Below, piece by piece: positions 51,809 to 62,749 of a stretch of 64,000 nt of DNA. Made by a program: the position numbers and the translations under genes. The stretch spans positions 10,804 through 74,803 of the forward strand of contig QCTY01000001.1 of NCBI GenBank assembly GCA_003208975.1, given 5' to 3'. This DNA comes from Synechococcus sp. AG-676-F02. Lineage in GTDB: Bacteria; Cyanobacteriota; Cyanobacteriia; PCC-6307; Cyanobiaceae. The notes under the pieces were generated by a model. The model did no database searches. It worked only from the letters and a program-made list of their open reading frames with translations, and was not told the DNA's origin. Each line of letters starts with the position of its first letter. The first letter of the stretch is position 1.

Positions 51809-52081
51809 TCGAGACCTGGGGGAAAAGCGAAAGGAGCTGAGCTTTAGATTTGCTTAATACTCTAGTCGATTTACGGCCTGGCCCGTGGGGGTTGGGGCGT
51901 CTGGTGTGCGTGTTTGCAGTCTTTGTGTTGGGTTAATGAGCGATGGCATGCAAAAAAGATGCGTTTCTATACGGCTTTTTTGGCTCTTGAGATGGTTGTG
52001 CTCCTGGTGGAAAGGTGAAGGTTCGAAATTGAATCTGGATTGACATTGCTTGTGCGTCAGTCTCGACTGGTTGGAAAATTT

Positions 52082-52456
52082 TTATTCGACCACGGGAGAA
52101 TTAGTTTTGAATGGAGTTGTTTTGTGAATCCACTTTTGAATCGGTTGTTGCTGAACAATATGTTGCTGAACAATTGGCTCTATCTTGTCGGCGGTCACTT
52201 CTGTATACCAAATTCCGTCTGGCCACACAACAAGAATTGGTCCACGTACGCATACCCTCAGGCAGTCAACCTTACTTCTTAAAACAATTCCTTCTGGACG
52301 CTTTGTATTCTCAAGCCCTAGCTCACGGATCACTCTTTTGAGTTCATTCCAGCTTGCAATTCCTGTGCTCGGATCACAACATTTTACTTTCGTAGGGGTG
52401 GCGCAAAGCAGTAGATGATGGCTGATATGGGGCTGCACGATCGCCGCTTCACTCAT
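52082..52456 (-). CDS. Thioredoxin-like [2Fe-2S] ferredoxin
   Basis: [25 protein letters not shown]. Confidence 0.87.
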   Translation of the reverse strand: MSEAAIVQPHISHHLLLCATPTKVKCCDPSTGIASWNELKRVIRELGLENTKRPEGIVLRSKVDCLRVCVRGPILVVWPDGIWYTEVTADKIEPIVQQHIVQQQPIQKWIHKTTPFKTNSPVVE

Positions 52457-53700
52457 GCTGCCAAAGAGGCTGCTGGAATGCGCCGCGCCCCCCGCTTCAC
52501 TTGCTCGCGAACGGACTGCCGAGCCCATTGATCAACAGTGAGCACATCGTCCAGTTGGGGGTGGGCCATTAGATCGGCCTTGTGCTGTTCACAGGCTGCT
52601 TCGATCACGACGGGAATGTCGAGGAAGTGAATGCGTTCTTCGAGGAACTGCGCCACTGCTTCCTCATTTGCTGCATTCATCACTGCCGGCATTGTTCCGC
52701 CGGCACGGCCGGCGTCATAAGCCAACTTCATGCAGGGGTATTTCGCTGGGTCCGGAGCGCGGAAGCTCAGCTGACCCACTTCAGTCAGATCCAGACGGCG
52801 CCAAGGGGTTTCCAGGCGTGACGGCCAGCTCAGGCAATACAGAATCGGGAGCTTCATATCCGGCCAGCCCAATTGGGCCAGAACGGAGGAATCCGCCAGC
52901 TCAATCATCGAATGAATGATGCTCTGGGGGTGGATCACGATTTCGATGTGGTCATAGTCCAGCCCGAAGAGGTAATGGGCTTCGATCACCTCAAGCCCCT
53001 TGTTCATCAGGGATGCGGAATCCACGGTGATTTTTCGGCCCATGCTCCAGTTGGGATGGCGCGTGGCATCGCTGACGGTCGCTTTTTCCAGATCCGCAGC
53101 TGCCCAGTCGCGGAAGGCACCGCCGGAGGCAGTGAGCTGAATTCGACGCAGGCCCGGCGTAGGGATGCCTGTGGACAATCGGGCGTTTTCTGCCCAGGGG
53201 GTGCCCTGCAGGCACTGGAAGATGGCGGAGTGTTCGGAATCAGCCGGCAGCAGTCTGCTACCACTCTTTTTCAATTCCGGCAGCACCACCGGCCCTGCGG
53301 CGATCAGAGTTTCTTTGTTGGCCAGGGCCAGATCCTTTCCTGCTCGGATTGCAGCCAACGTCGGCAGTAGGCCGGCACAGCCCACAATGCCTGTGACGAC
53401 AAGATCGCCGGAGTCCCAGGCCGCAGCTGTGTTCAAGCCGTCGGGTCCACCCACCAGTTGTGGTGCTTTGGCACCGTTGATGCCCACATCAGTCAGCCGC
53501 TGCTCCAGCTCCGGCAACAGGTCGGAATCGGCAAGGGCCACCACTTCGGGCCGATGGCGCTGAATCTGCGTTACCAGCAACTCAAGGTTGCGGCCGGCTG
53601 TCAGAGATACGACTCGGAATTGTTCCGGGAATTCCTCAGCGATCTGCAGGGTCTGGGTGCCGATCGAGCCTGTGGAACCCAACACGCTGATGGATTTCAC
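52453..53700 (-). CDS. dxr: 1-deoxy-D-xylulose-5-phosphate reductoisomerase
   Basis: [36 protein letters not shown]. Confidence 0.98.
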   Translation of the reverse strand: MKSISVLGSTGSIGTQTLQIAEEFPEQFRVVSLTAGRNLELLVTQIQRHRPEVVALADSDLLPELEQRLTDVGINGAKAPQLVGGPDGLNTAAAWDSGDLVVTGIVGCAGLLPTLAAIRAGKDLALANKETLIAAGPVVLPELKKSGSRLLPADSEHSAIFQCLQGTPWAENARLSTGIPTPGLRRIQLTASGGAFRDWAAADLEKATVSDATRHPNWSMGRKITVDSASLMNKGLEVIEAHYLFGLDYDHIEIVIHPQSIIHSMIELADSSVLAQLGWPDMKLPILYCLSWPSRLETPWRRLDLTEVGQLSFRAPDPAKYPCMKLAYDAGRAGGTMPAVMNAANEEAVAQFLEERIHFLDIPVVIEAACEQHKADLMAHPQLDDVLTVDQWARQSVREQVKRGARRIPAASLAA

Positions 53701-53779
53701 GCAGAACCTGCAATTCTGACCAGTCTCCCACCAGGCCCCCGAAGCGCTGGCAAGCTATTGAACAGCTTGGTATCAGCAG

Positions 53780-55099
53780 GTGGCGAAGGAACAGTGGCGT
53801 TCCGGTTTGGGCTTTGTGCTGGCAGCAGCAGGGAGTGCCGTTGGTTTAGGCAATCTTTGGGGGTTTGCTTATCGCGCTTCCCAGGGTGGAGGTGGAGCTT
53901 TTCTGCTGCTCTATGTGTTGATCGTGCTGGTGGTGTGCCTTCCGGTGTTGGTGGCTGAGATGGTGCTGGGGCGCAGCACCGGTAAAAGTCCGCTGCTGGC
54001 ACCGGTGACTGCAGCAGGCCGCCGTTGGCAACCGATGGGGTGGTTGTTTGTTCTGGCCGCCAGCGGAATCCTGGCTTTTTATGCCGTTCTGATGGGCTGG
54101 ACCGGCGCCACGCTGGTGCAGACCCTGAGCTGGGGTCTGCCCTCAGATATCGAACAGGCGGAAGCCTTTTTTGCCGGCCTCAGTGGAGGCAGAGCTGCCT
54201 TGATCGGGCAGTTGCTGAGCCTGGTGGCAACGGCCTTGGTGGTGGCAGCCGGCGTGCGCAGTGGTATCGAGCGCCTGTCGCGCTGGGGCCTTCCGCTGTT
54301 GTTTGTGCTTTTGATTGGGTTAGCGGTCTGGGCTTCTGGGCTCGAGGGTTCGGTGGAGGGATACCGCACATTTCTGCTGCGATGGGACAGCGCTGAACTG
54401 ACCAATCTCACGACGATCCGCAACGCCTTCACCCAGGCATTCTTTTCGATCGGCACGGGGATCGGTTGCATCCTCGCCTATGCGGCCTACCTGGATCGCA
54501 AAGCCCATCTGCCTCGCGAAGCCGTAGCTGTTGTGGGAATGGACACCGCTGTTGGTGTGCTGGCTGGAATGGTCACCTTCCCTGTGGTGATCAGCTTCGG
54601 CCTGCAGGAGGTCGTGAGCGGATCCACTCTTGGAACGATCTTCATTGCCCTGCCGACGGGACTGTCCTCCCTGGGTGCCCCAGGTCAATTTGTGGCTGTT
54701 CTGTTCTTCGGGCTGGCGTTGATTGCAGCAATCACCTCTGCGGTGTCGCTGTTGGAGGTGCCTGTGGCCTGTTTGATCGATCGGCTTGGTTGGAGCAGAT
54801 CCCGCGCGGTCTGGGTGTCCACCGCGCTGATTTTTGTGGGGGGTCTGCCCGCTGCCACGTCGTTGGATGTTCTGGGTTGGATGGACTCCGTTTTCGGTGG
54901 CCTCTTGCTGATTCTGGGAGGCCTGCTTTTGGCACTTCTTCTTGGTTGGGTCGTTCCGAATCGGTTTCAGGATGACCTGCAGGGTTCGGGAACTCCTGTT
55001 CCGCTGCAACGTCTCCTATTGGTCATGCTGCGTTGGGTCTCACCGCCTGTAGTGGCAGTGGGACTGGTCATCAGCCTGGTGGATCTGGTGAACGGTTGA
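53780..55099 (+). CDS. Sodium-dependent transporter, NSS family
   Basis: AAGSAVGLGNLWGF, GGGAFL, QAFFS. Confidence 0.93.
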   Translation: MAKEQWRSGLGFVLAAAGSAVGLGNLWGFAYRASQGGGGAFLLLYVLIVLVVCLPVLVAEMVLGRSTGKSPLLAPVTAAGRRWQPMGWLFVLAASGILAFYAVLMGWTGATLVQTLSWGLPSDIEQAEAFFAGLSGGRAALIGQLLSLVATALVVAAGVRSGIERLSRWGLPLLFVLLIGLAVWASGLEGSVEGYRTFLLRWDSAELTNLTTIRNAFTQAFFSIGTGIGCILAYAAYLDRKAHLPREAVAVVGMDTAVGVLAGMVTFPVVISFGLQEVVSGSTLGTIFIALPTGLSSLGAPGQFVAVLFFGLALIAAITSAVSLLEVPVACLIDRLGWSRSRAVWVSTALIFVGGLPAATSLDVLGWMDSVFGGLLLILGGLLLALLLGWVVPNRFQDDLQGSGTPVPLQRLLLVMLRWVSPPVVAVGLVISLVDLVNG

Positions 55100-55106
55100 A
55101 GGCCGA

Positions 55107-55337
55107 CTAGGCGTTGGGGTTGGGCTTGTCCTTCATCAATTCCTGCATTTTTCGAATGCGTACGAGCATCTTTTGCCAAACCTCAAGTTTCCAGCCCTCC
55201 TCGGCATCACCACCGCCGGCCAGCTGAGCCTGGGCTTCCAATTTGGCGTCGAGATCTTCGCCCGCTTCAAACGCCTTCATCAGCTCCATCTCGAGTTTGG
55301 CTGTCTCGACAAAATTGAGGCGCTTCAACCAGAGCAT
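55107..55337 (-). CDS. Small conserved hypothetical protein
   Basis: 76-aa helical ORF directly downstream of cysS. Confidence 0.75.
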   Translation of the reverse strand: MLWLKRLNFVETAKLEMELMKAFEAGEDLDAKLEAQAQLAGGGDAEEGWKLEVWQKMLVRIRKMQELMKDKPNPNA

Positions 55338-55372
55338 GAATCGTTATGGGTTGGAACTGAAGTCTGCCTGGA

Positions 55373-56857
55373 TCAGCAGCGAATCCACTCGGTCACCCCG
55401 CCGGGCTTGTCGATCAGTTCGATCCCCTTGGCCGCGAGGTCATCGCGGATGCCATCGGCTTCGGCGTAATTTTTGGCTGCCTTGGCCGCGCGTCGCGCTT
55501 CAATCGCCGCCTCGATCGCTGCGTCATCCACTCCAGCCGTTGAGGCTTCACTCTCCTGGCGCAATCCGATCACCGCGGCCAGGTTGCGCAGCAGGTCCCA
55601 TCGGCCGGCGAGCTCGGCGAGCGTTTCGGCCGGAAGTTCTGCCCCATCGCCACGATCGAGCCGGTTGGCCAGAGCCCTGAGTGGCTTGGCCAGATCAAAC
55701 AGCACCGCCAGGGCTCCCGAGCTGTTGAGGTCGTCGTCCATGGCGCTGATGAAACGCTGTTCGAGCCTTTGCAGTTCCTCTCCGCTAGGGCTGCCTTGAT
55801 GTTTTGCAGCACGGTCTGAGAGGGGAGAGATGGTCCCCCAACCCAGGGTTGCGCCATGGCGTTCGCCTAGCCCGATGGCTGCATTGAGACCTTTCCATCC
55901 GGTGCTTGCCGCCTCCAAAGCTTCTGCTGTGAAATCGAGTGGCTTGCGGTAGTGCGCCTGGAGAACAAACAGCCTCAGAGTCATCGCTGAAACACCGCTG
56001 TCAAGTAAGGCTCGGATTGTTGTGAAGTTGCCGAGCGACTTTGACATTTTTGTTCCGCCGACATTGACCATGCCGTTGTGCATCCATACGCGGGCTAGCT
56101 GAGCTTCATTGGCTGTTTCTGACTGAGCTATTTCATTCTCATGATGCGGAAAGACAAGATCTCCGCCTCCGAGATGGATATCAATTGTTTTGCCAAATTC
56201 TTCGCGAACCATGGCTGAGCATTCGATATGCCAACCGGGACGTCCGCGGCCCCAAGGCGATTCCCATCCTGGTTCCCCATCGTTGGTTTTTTTCCAGAGA
56301 GCGAAATCGAAGGGATGTCGCTTGCGTTCTTCTTCATCTCCTTTGGTTCGGCCGCTAGCGCCCTGTTGTTGCTCGTTAGGGTTTCTTCCGCTCAGCTGGC
56401 CATAATTCTTTGCTTTCGATATATCGAAATATACATCACCTTTGGAGCTATAAGCTGCCCCCTTGGTTTCAAGTTCGCCAATAAGAGTTTGGATGCCTGG
56501 TATGCAGCATGTTGCTCGCGGCATCTTGTCTGCGGGAAGAATGTGTAAGCGCCCCATGTCTATTTCAAAGGCTTTGATATTTGTTTCGCTAACCTCTTCC
56601 ATGGTTGATCCCTCGGCGTTGGCCTTGTTTAATATTTTGTCGTCAATATCTGTGTAGTTCTGCACAAAGGTGACGTCGTAATTGCGCCAGATGAGATAAC
56701 GCCTTAAGACATCCCAGTTGATGTAACTCCGCGCATGCCCGAGATGGCAAAGGTCATAAACTGTGACCCCACAGCAATAGATCGTTGCCTTGCCTGCCTC
56801 AAGCGGTTCGAAGTCTTCGGTGCGATTGCTCAGGCTGTTCGTGAGGCGCAGTGGCAA
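55373..56857 (-). CDS. cysS: Cysteinyl-tRNA synthetase
   Basis: [37 protein letters not shown]. Confidence 0.97.
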   Translation of the reverse strand: MPLRLTNSLSNRTEDFEPLEAGKATIYCCGVTVYDLCHLGHARSYINWDVLRRYLIWRNYDVTFVQNYTDIDDKILNKANAEGSTMEEVSETNIKAFEIDMGRLHILPADKMPRATCCIPGIQTLIGELETKGAAYSSKGDVYFDISKAKNYGQLSGRNPNEQQQGASGRTKGDEEERKRHPFDFALWKKTNDGEPGWESPWGRGRPGWHIECSAMVREEFGKTIDIHLGGGDLVFPHHENEIAQSETANEAQLARVWMHNGMVNVGGTKMSKSLGNFTTIRALLDSGVSAMTLRLFVLQAHYRKPLDFTAEALEAASTGWKGLNAAIGLGERHGATLGWGTISPLSDRAAKHQGSPSGEELQRLEQRFISAMDDDLNSSGALAVLFDLAKPLRALANRLDRGDGAELPAETLAELAGRWDLLRNLAAVIGLRQESEASTAGVDDAAIEAAIEARRAAKAAKNYAEADGIRDDLAAKGIELIDKPGGVTEWIRC

Positions 56858-57131
56858 AGGTCTGATCAGGCTCTTCAAGGAGGTTACGGCCAGCCCCTGC
56901 CTTTAACGCTCTTGTATCGCTCGGTTTCCCCAGTGTTGTTACCGATCTGTGGGCCCTTGCTGCTTCTCGGTGGTTCCATTGTGAGTTGATGGTCTTGTGG
57001 ATCGCCAGCGATTGTGTGGTCTTTTAAAGGGCTATATGGCTTTTAGGTATTTTTTTGCTCTCACTTACCGGTTTGGTTTGAAAGCATCGTCGATTTGGAC
57101 TTCTTTTTCAAATGGCATTTTATTGCTGAAA

Positions 57132-60081
57132 TTATTTGGCTTCCATCCAGTTTGAGCCTGTTCCTGTTTCCGCAACGAGGGGAACACTTAGTTTCACGGC
57201 GTTTTCCATCGTTTCCACGACCAACTTCTTCGTGGCCTCCAGGGAATCCGGTGCGACTTCCAGCACCAGTTCATCGTGCACCTGCAGCAGCAGCTGGGCC
57301 GGCAGACCCTTGCTCAGCAGTGCCGCCTGCAGCTGCACCATGGCCACCTTGATGATGTCGGCACTGGAGCCTTGGATCGGTGCATTGGCAGCAGCTCGCA
57401 GTTGCTGCGCCTCCATACCGCCGCGGCGTGCCACATCCAGGTCGATCTCCAGAGGGTCCTTGCCCAGCAGTCGGCCCAGCCCGTTGCGGTCGAAATGGAA
57501 CGGCCGCCGTCGACCGAGAATGGTTTCCACGTAGCCGCGGCTGAGGGCGAGCCGTTCCTGCAGCTCCAGAAAGGCGAACACCTTTGGGTAGCGCTGTTTA
57601 TATCTGGCCAGAAACTCCTTGGCGTCTGCCTGGCTCACACCGGTTTCCCTGGCGAAGCGTTGGGCACCCATGCCGTAGATCACCCCAAAGTTGATCGTTT
57701 TGCCCAGGCGACGTTCATCCGGGCTGACGTCGTCTTTATCCAGCAACAGCCGTGCCGTAAGCGCGTGCACGTCATCGCCACTGCGATATGCCTCCTGCAG
57801 AACCTCTTCGCCCGAGAGGTGGGTGAGGATGCGCAGCTCGATCTGGGAATAGTCAGCGCTGAGCAGGGTCCAGCCGTCCTGAGGCAGGAAGGCCTTGCGG
57901 ATTCGCCGGCTGTTTTCGGTTCGTACCGGGATGTTTTGCAGGTTGGGGTTGCTGCTGCTCAGCCGGCCCGTTGCCGTGACCGCCTGGTTGAAATCGGTGT
58001 GGACCCGGCCTGTTTCAGCTTCCACCAGTTGGGGCAGGGCATCCACGTAGGTGCTTTTGAGCTTGCTGAGCACCCGGTGCTCCAGCACCAATGGCACCAC
58101 GGGATGATCGTTGCCGAGTTTCTCCAGCACGGTGGCGTCGGTGCTGAAGCCGGTTTTGGTGCGGCGGGATTTCTTGCGATCCAGCCCCAGGGTGTCGAAC
58201 AGCAGTTCTCCCAGTTGTTTGGGCGAGGCCAGATTGAACTCCACACCGGCGGCTTCTTTAGCTTCCAATTCCAGCCGTTGCAGCGTGGATCCCATTTCCT
58301 CTGCGAGACCCTGTAAGTAGGGCACGTCGATGCGGATGCCAGTGGCTTCCATTTGGGCCAGCACTGGTTCCAGTGGCTGTTCCACCTGTTCGAGCAGCGG
58401 CAGCAGCTGTGGACCCATCGCCTCCAGTTGACTGCGCAGCAGCACGGCCAGCCTTCGGGTCACGTGCACGTCCATGCCGCAGTAGAGGCTGGCGGGCTCC
58501 AGCGGTACATCGGCGAAGGTTTGTTTTTTACCCACCAACTCCGTGAAAGAGGTGGGCTGGAAGCCGAATTCCCGCTCCGCCATCAGCTCCAGACCATGCT
58601 TCGCGGCGGCATCCCGCAGATAATCCGCCAGCAGCGTGTCGATCACAACGCCCTCCAGGGCTACGCCATGACGCAGCAGGATCAAGCGGTCGTACTTGGC
58701 GTTCTGAAGCGTTTTGGGGTGATCTCGACTGGCCAGCCATTGGGCGAGAGCGGTGAGCACCGTCTCCAACGGCAACTGCTCTGGGCTGCTGTCGTCACTG
58801 CCTTTGTGTCCCAGTGGGATGTAGGCCAGCTCATTGAGGCCGTCCCCCCCAGCAGAGTCCGATTCCTACGAGTTCAGCCTTGAACGGGTTGAGATCTGTG
58901 GTTTCGGTGTCAAGGGCCACCGGTGCCCCAATGTCTCGGCAGTCCATCACGCGCTTCACCAGAGCGCCCAGGGCGGCCTCGTCCTGGATCAGTTGCGGCT
59001 TGAGCTTTGGAAGGGTTGGCTCTGTCGGCTCTGGTTCTTTGGCCGTGGGTGATGCATCAGAGGATGTCGTTGTGGACGTTGGAACAGGTTTTGTTTCAAC
59101 GTTCGCTGCATATCCCCCGGCTGAAAAGGCTGCGACAAATCCACCGACCTGACGCAGCAGGCTGTTCAGTTCCAGGTCTTCAAGGCAGGCACTGAGACCA
59201 TCGGAATCAACACGCGTCAGCGGTAGCGACGGTTCCTCCGGAAGAGGGATGTCCACCAGGATTTCGGCCAGTTTGCGGGAGAGATAGGCGTTGTCGCGAT
59301 CGCTGCGCAGCTTTCCTTTGAGCGCTCCTTTGATGGCTCCACGGCTGGCCTTGGGGCCTTCCGCCTCCACAGTCAAAAGAGTGGCGTAAACGGCATCGAG
59401 GTCGACGTTCTCCTTGAGCAGATTGATGGCGGTCTTTGGTCCGACTCCGCGAACGCCTGGGATGTTGTCGGAGCTGTCTCCGGTGAGGGCTTTGAGGTCG
59501 ACCACCTTGTCGGGCATCACGCCGAGCTTGCCTAGAACTCCCTCCTCGCGGATCAGCGTCGGGCCGCTATTTCTGGCATAGGGCCCTCCGCCCATGTAGA
59601 GCACCGCAATGTCGCGGCTGTCATCAACCAGCTGAAACAGATCGCGGTCCCCGGAGAGGATTCGCACCCCCCAGCCCTCATTGGCGGCACGGTTGGCCAG
59701 GGTGCCCAGCACGTCGTCAGCCTCAAAGCCCGGTGCCATGCACAGGGGGAGGTTGAGCTGCGAACGAAGGATCTGCTGGAGTTGTTCAAGGTCCTGAAAA
59801 AACACCTCCGGGGCCACATCCCTGTGCGCCTTGTAGTTGGCATCCGCCTTGTGGCGAAAGGTGGGTTCGGCGGTGTCGAAAGCGATTGCAACGCCCTGCG
59901 GCTTCAGGCTTTTCCCGTTGTCGAGCAGTGCTTTGAGGAAGCCGTAGGTCACGCTGGTTGGCCGCCCATCCTTGGTGGCCAGCCCGCCTTCTCCCCCTTT
60001 GCTGAAGGCATAGAAACTGCGGAAGGCCAATGAATGGCCATCGATCAGCAGCAGCAGAGGTTTGGAGGCAGCCTCGGGCAT
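57132..60081 (-). CDS. polA: DNA polymerase I; one-base frameshift in a G7 run at about 58844-58850 (probable sequencing error)
   Basis: 5'-3' exonuclease (IDGHSL, EADD, GDSSDNIPG), DTET, and polymerase motifs DYSQIELR, KTINFGVIYG, QVHDE, split over two frames. Confidence 0.93.
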
Positions 60082-60106
60082 GGAGATGGGGCGTAAAGCG
60101 TCGGGG

Positions 60107-61273
60107 TCAGTCGCGGCTATCGGCCCAGGGGGGCAGGTCGATGAACACTCGCGTTCCCGCTTCAAGGCCCTTCAGGATCGCAGTCTGATCACCGCTGCTG
60201 TTGCCCAGTTCCACGGGCTGGAAGAGGGGCTTCTGCTGGCTGTCGACCAACAACACGCCGGGTTGACCGTCCTCGGTCACGATCGCGACTGTGGGGACCA
60301 GGGTTCGGGGCTTGCTGCGGCCGGTCTGGAAGTTGATGTCGGCGGTCATTCCGATCAACAGCTTCTGCGGTGGGTCGATCAGCTCCAGCTTCACTTCAAA
60401 GGAGGTGACGTTGTCCTGTTTGACGGCTCTCGGTGCAATTTCACTGACGCGAGCGTCAAAGCGTTCATCGGGGTAAGCATCCACTCGGATGCTGGCGGGT
60501 TGCCCAATGGCGATGCGCCCGATGTCGCTTTCGGGTACTCGAGCCGATACCTCCAAACCGCTGGAGAGCTCCACGATCGAAGAGCTGGTGGCTCCAGCCG
60601 TTGCAGACGCCGTGGTGGTCGGAGTGACGAAAGCGCCCGGTTCGGCATAACGCGCCGTGATGGTGCCGGCAAAGGGCGCACGGATCTTCTGTTCGCTTTG
60701 TTCGTGCTCGAGTTGCTCGATGCGTTCACGGGCCGCAATCACAGCGGCCTGGTTGCCGAGCATCTGGTTCTCCACCTCACTGAAGGCATCGGCGCTGATC
60801 ACGCCGGCCTGATACAGCAGGCTTTGCCGCTCGTAATCATCCTGCCTCCTGCGGTAGGTCGCCTCCGCCTGGCGCAGGAGGGCCTGCCGTTCCTGCAGGC
60901 GGTCTTCGAGATCGCCGGGGTCCATCAACGCAAGAAGTTGGCCCTTATCCACCGCATCGCCCTCATCCACCAGGAGCTGGTCGAGAACACCCTGCTGGCG
61001 TGGACTCACATTCACCTTCTGGGCCGCCAGCAGCTCACCGCTGGCAGTGATCAGGCCGGACAGCACTCCGCGCTCGGCTGATGTGACAAAGGGCGTCAAA
61101 TCCTGTTGGTTGGCCGTGAACGGGCCGAAGCGCAACAGGGCTGCTCCACCGGCCAGCGCGAGGCCTGCCAACGCAATTGTGATCGGTTTGGGTCGTCGGA
61201 TCTTTCGCTTGATGGAGCCATCGACGGCGTCCAGCTGCGGATCGGAGACGGGTCGTCGCAGTGTCTGCAGCAT
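60107..61273 (-). CDS. Efflux RND/ABC periplasmic adaptor subunit
   Basis: N-terminal TM, VDEGD.V.KGQLLA, coiled hairpin, IRAPFAG, VPESDI, GMTA. Confidence 0.9.
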   Translation of the reverse strand: MLQTLRRPVSDPQLDAVDGSIKRKIRRPKPITIALAGLALAGGAALLRFGPFTANQQDLTPFVTSAERGVLSGLITASGELLAAQKVNVSPRQQGVLDQLLVDEGDAVDKGQLLALMDPGDLEDRLQERQALLRQAEATYRRRQDDYERQSLLYQAGVISADAFSEVENQMLGNQAAVIAARERIEQLEHEQSEQKIRAPFAGTITARYAEPGAFVTPTTTASATAGATSSSIVELSSGLEVSARVPESDIGRIAIGQPASIRVDAYPDERFDARVSEIAPRAVKQDNVTSFEVKLELIDPPQKLLIGMTADINFQTGRSKPRTLVPTVAIVTEDGQPGVLLVDSQQKPLFQPVELGNSSGDQTAILKGLEAGTRVFIDLPPWADSRD

Positions 61274-61324
61274 GGGCCCACAAAACTTCACAACATTCTC
61301 GCCGCTCGTCGGTAGATTCCGCCG

Positions 61325-62416
61325 ATGCTTAAAGCCGGAATCGTCGGACTGCCCAATGTCGGCAAGTCCACTCTGTTCAATGCTTTGGTGGCCAATGCCC
61401 AGGCCCAGGCTGCCAATTTCCCGTTCTGCACCATTGAGCCGAACGTTGGCACGGTGGCGGTTCCCGATGAGCGCCTCGACCGGTTGACCCAGCTCAGCAA
61501 GAGTCAGAACACGATTCCGACGCGAATGGAGTTCGTCGACATCGCTGGCCTCGTGAAGGGGGCAAGTCAGGGCGAGGGTTTGGGCAACAAGTTCCTGGCG
61601 AATATTCGTGAAGTGGACGCAATCGTCCATGTGATCCGTTGTTTTGAGGATGACGACGTCATCCACGTGTCCGGCTCCATTGGTCCTGCCCGCGATGCGG
61701 AGGTGATCAACCTCGAGCTTGGCCTGGCGGATCTGGCTCAGATTGAGAAGCGGCGGGAGCGTCTCAAGAAACAGACGCGCACCAGCAAGGAAGCTCAGGT
61801 TGAGGATGCCGCTCTCGAGCGGATCCAGGCGGTTCTTGAAAACGGTGGTGCAGCCCGAAGTGTTGAGCTCAGTGAGGACGAGGCTGGCTTGATCAAACCC
61901 TTGGGTTTGTTGACGGCAAAGCCGATCATCTACGCCACGAATGTGAGTGAAGAAGATCTGGCCGAAGGCAACGGCTTCTGCGAGGAGGTGACAACCCTCG
62001 CTGAGAAGGAAGGAGCTGAGTCGGTGAGGGTTTCAGCGCAGGTGGAGGCTGAGCTTGTGGAGCTCGGGGATGAGGAGACGGCGGATTATTTGGAAGGACT
62101 GGGGGTTAGTGAAGGGGGGTTGCAGAGCTTGATCCGCGCCACATACCGATTGTTGGGCCTGCGCACCTATTTCACCAGCGGTGAAAAGGAAACCCGGGCG
62201 TGGACGTTCAAGGCGGGAATGACGGCTCCGCAGGCCGCCGGAGTGATCCACACCGATTTCGAGCGCGGCTTCATTCGTGCCCAGACCATCGGTTGGGCGA
62301 AATTGCTCGAAGCTGGTTCTCTCTCTGAGGCGCGAGGGAAAGGTTGGCTGAGGAGTGAAGGCAAGGAGTATGTCGTTGAAGAGGGGGATGTGATGGAGTT
62401 CCTGTTCAACGTCTAA
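61325..62416 (+). CDS. ychF: Redox-regulated ATPase YchF
   Basis: [45 protein letters not shown]. Confidence 0.98.
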   Translation: MLKAGIVGLPNVGKSTLFNALVANAQAQAANFPFCTIEPNVGTVAVPDERLDRLTQLSKSQNTIPTRMEFVDIAGLVKGASQGEGLGNKFLANIREVDAIVHVIRCFEDDDVIHVSGSIGPARDAEVINLELGLADLAQIEKRRERLKKQTRTSKEAQVEDAALERIQAVLENGGAARSVELSEDEAGLIKPLGLLTAKPIIYATNVSEEDLAEGNGFCEEVTTLAEKEGAESVRVSAQVEAELVELGDEETADYLEGLGVSEGGLQSLIRATYRLLGLRTYFTSGEKETRAWTFKAGMTAPQAAGVIHTDFERGFIRAQTIGWAKLLEAGSLSEARGKGWLRSEGKEYVVEEGDVMEFLFNV

Positions 62417-62514
62417 GATCCGAGTAATAAAACGCATTCTCACTGTTTCTAGATAGGGTTGTCCAACAAGCGGTCTAACGAGCCGGCTGTAACCAGCTCA
62501 ACTGGAGCAACCCG

Positions 62515-62673
62515 ATGACGACACTTGAAGCCGCTGCTGAATACCGACAACTGACTAGGCGTGGTGCTGAACGCTTCCTTGAGGAGCACAGCCTGACTTT
62601 TGAAGAAGCACTCGCTGACCCACGAGACAGCGTGCTTGATGCCTACGAACTGGCGCTGTGGGTGGGTTACTGA
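62515..62673 (+). CDS. 52-aa phage-like hypothetical protein ending in WVGY
   Basis: MTTLEAAAEYRQLTRRGAERFLEEHSLTFEEALADPRDSVLDAYELALWVGY*; GGAG 8 nt upstream. Confidence 0.7.
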   Translation: MTTLEAAAEYRQLTRRGAERFLEEHSLTFEEALADPRDSVLDAYELALWVGY

Positions 62674-62749
62674 TGAACCACTCCTCTCGTGTGCTCGACA
62701 GCTACAGCAAGAACCAACTCACCACTGCTCCGGTGCTGACTGTTTAGCT

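Noticed and set aside
56880-57130. Possible micro-ORF (MEPPRSSKG...GWP*) or ncRNA in the polA-cysS spacer
   Set aside because: No recognisable motif, strong stem or ribosome-binding site; kept only as part of the AT-rich mosaic finding.
57276-58316. 346-aa plus-strand ORF
   Set aside because: Antisense shadow of polA, typical of high-GC coding DNA.
60062-61666. 339-aa plus-strand ORF and the 131-aa N-terminal extension of the efflux adaptor
   Set aside because: Antisense shadows of the adaptor gene and of ychF respectively.
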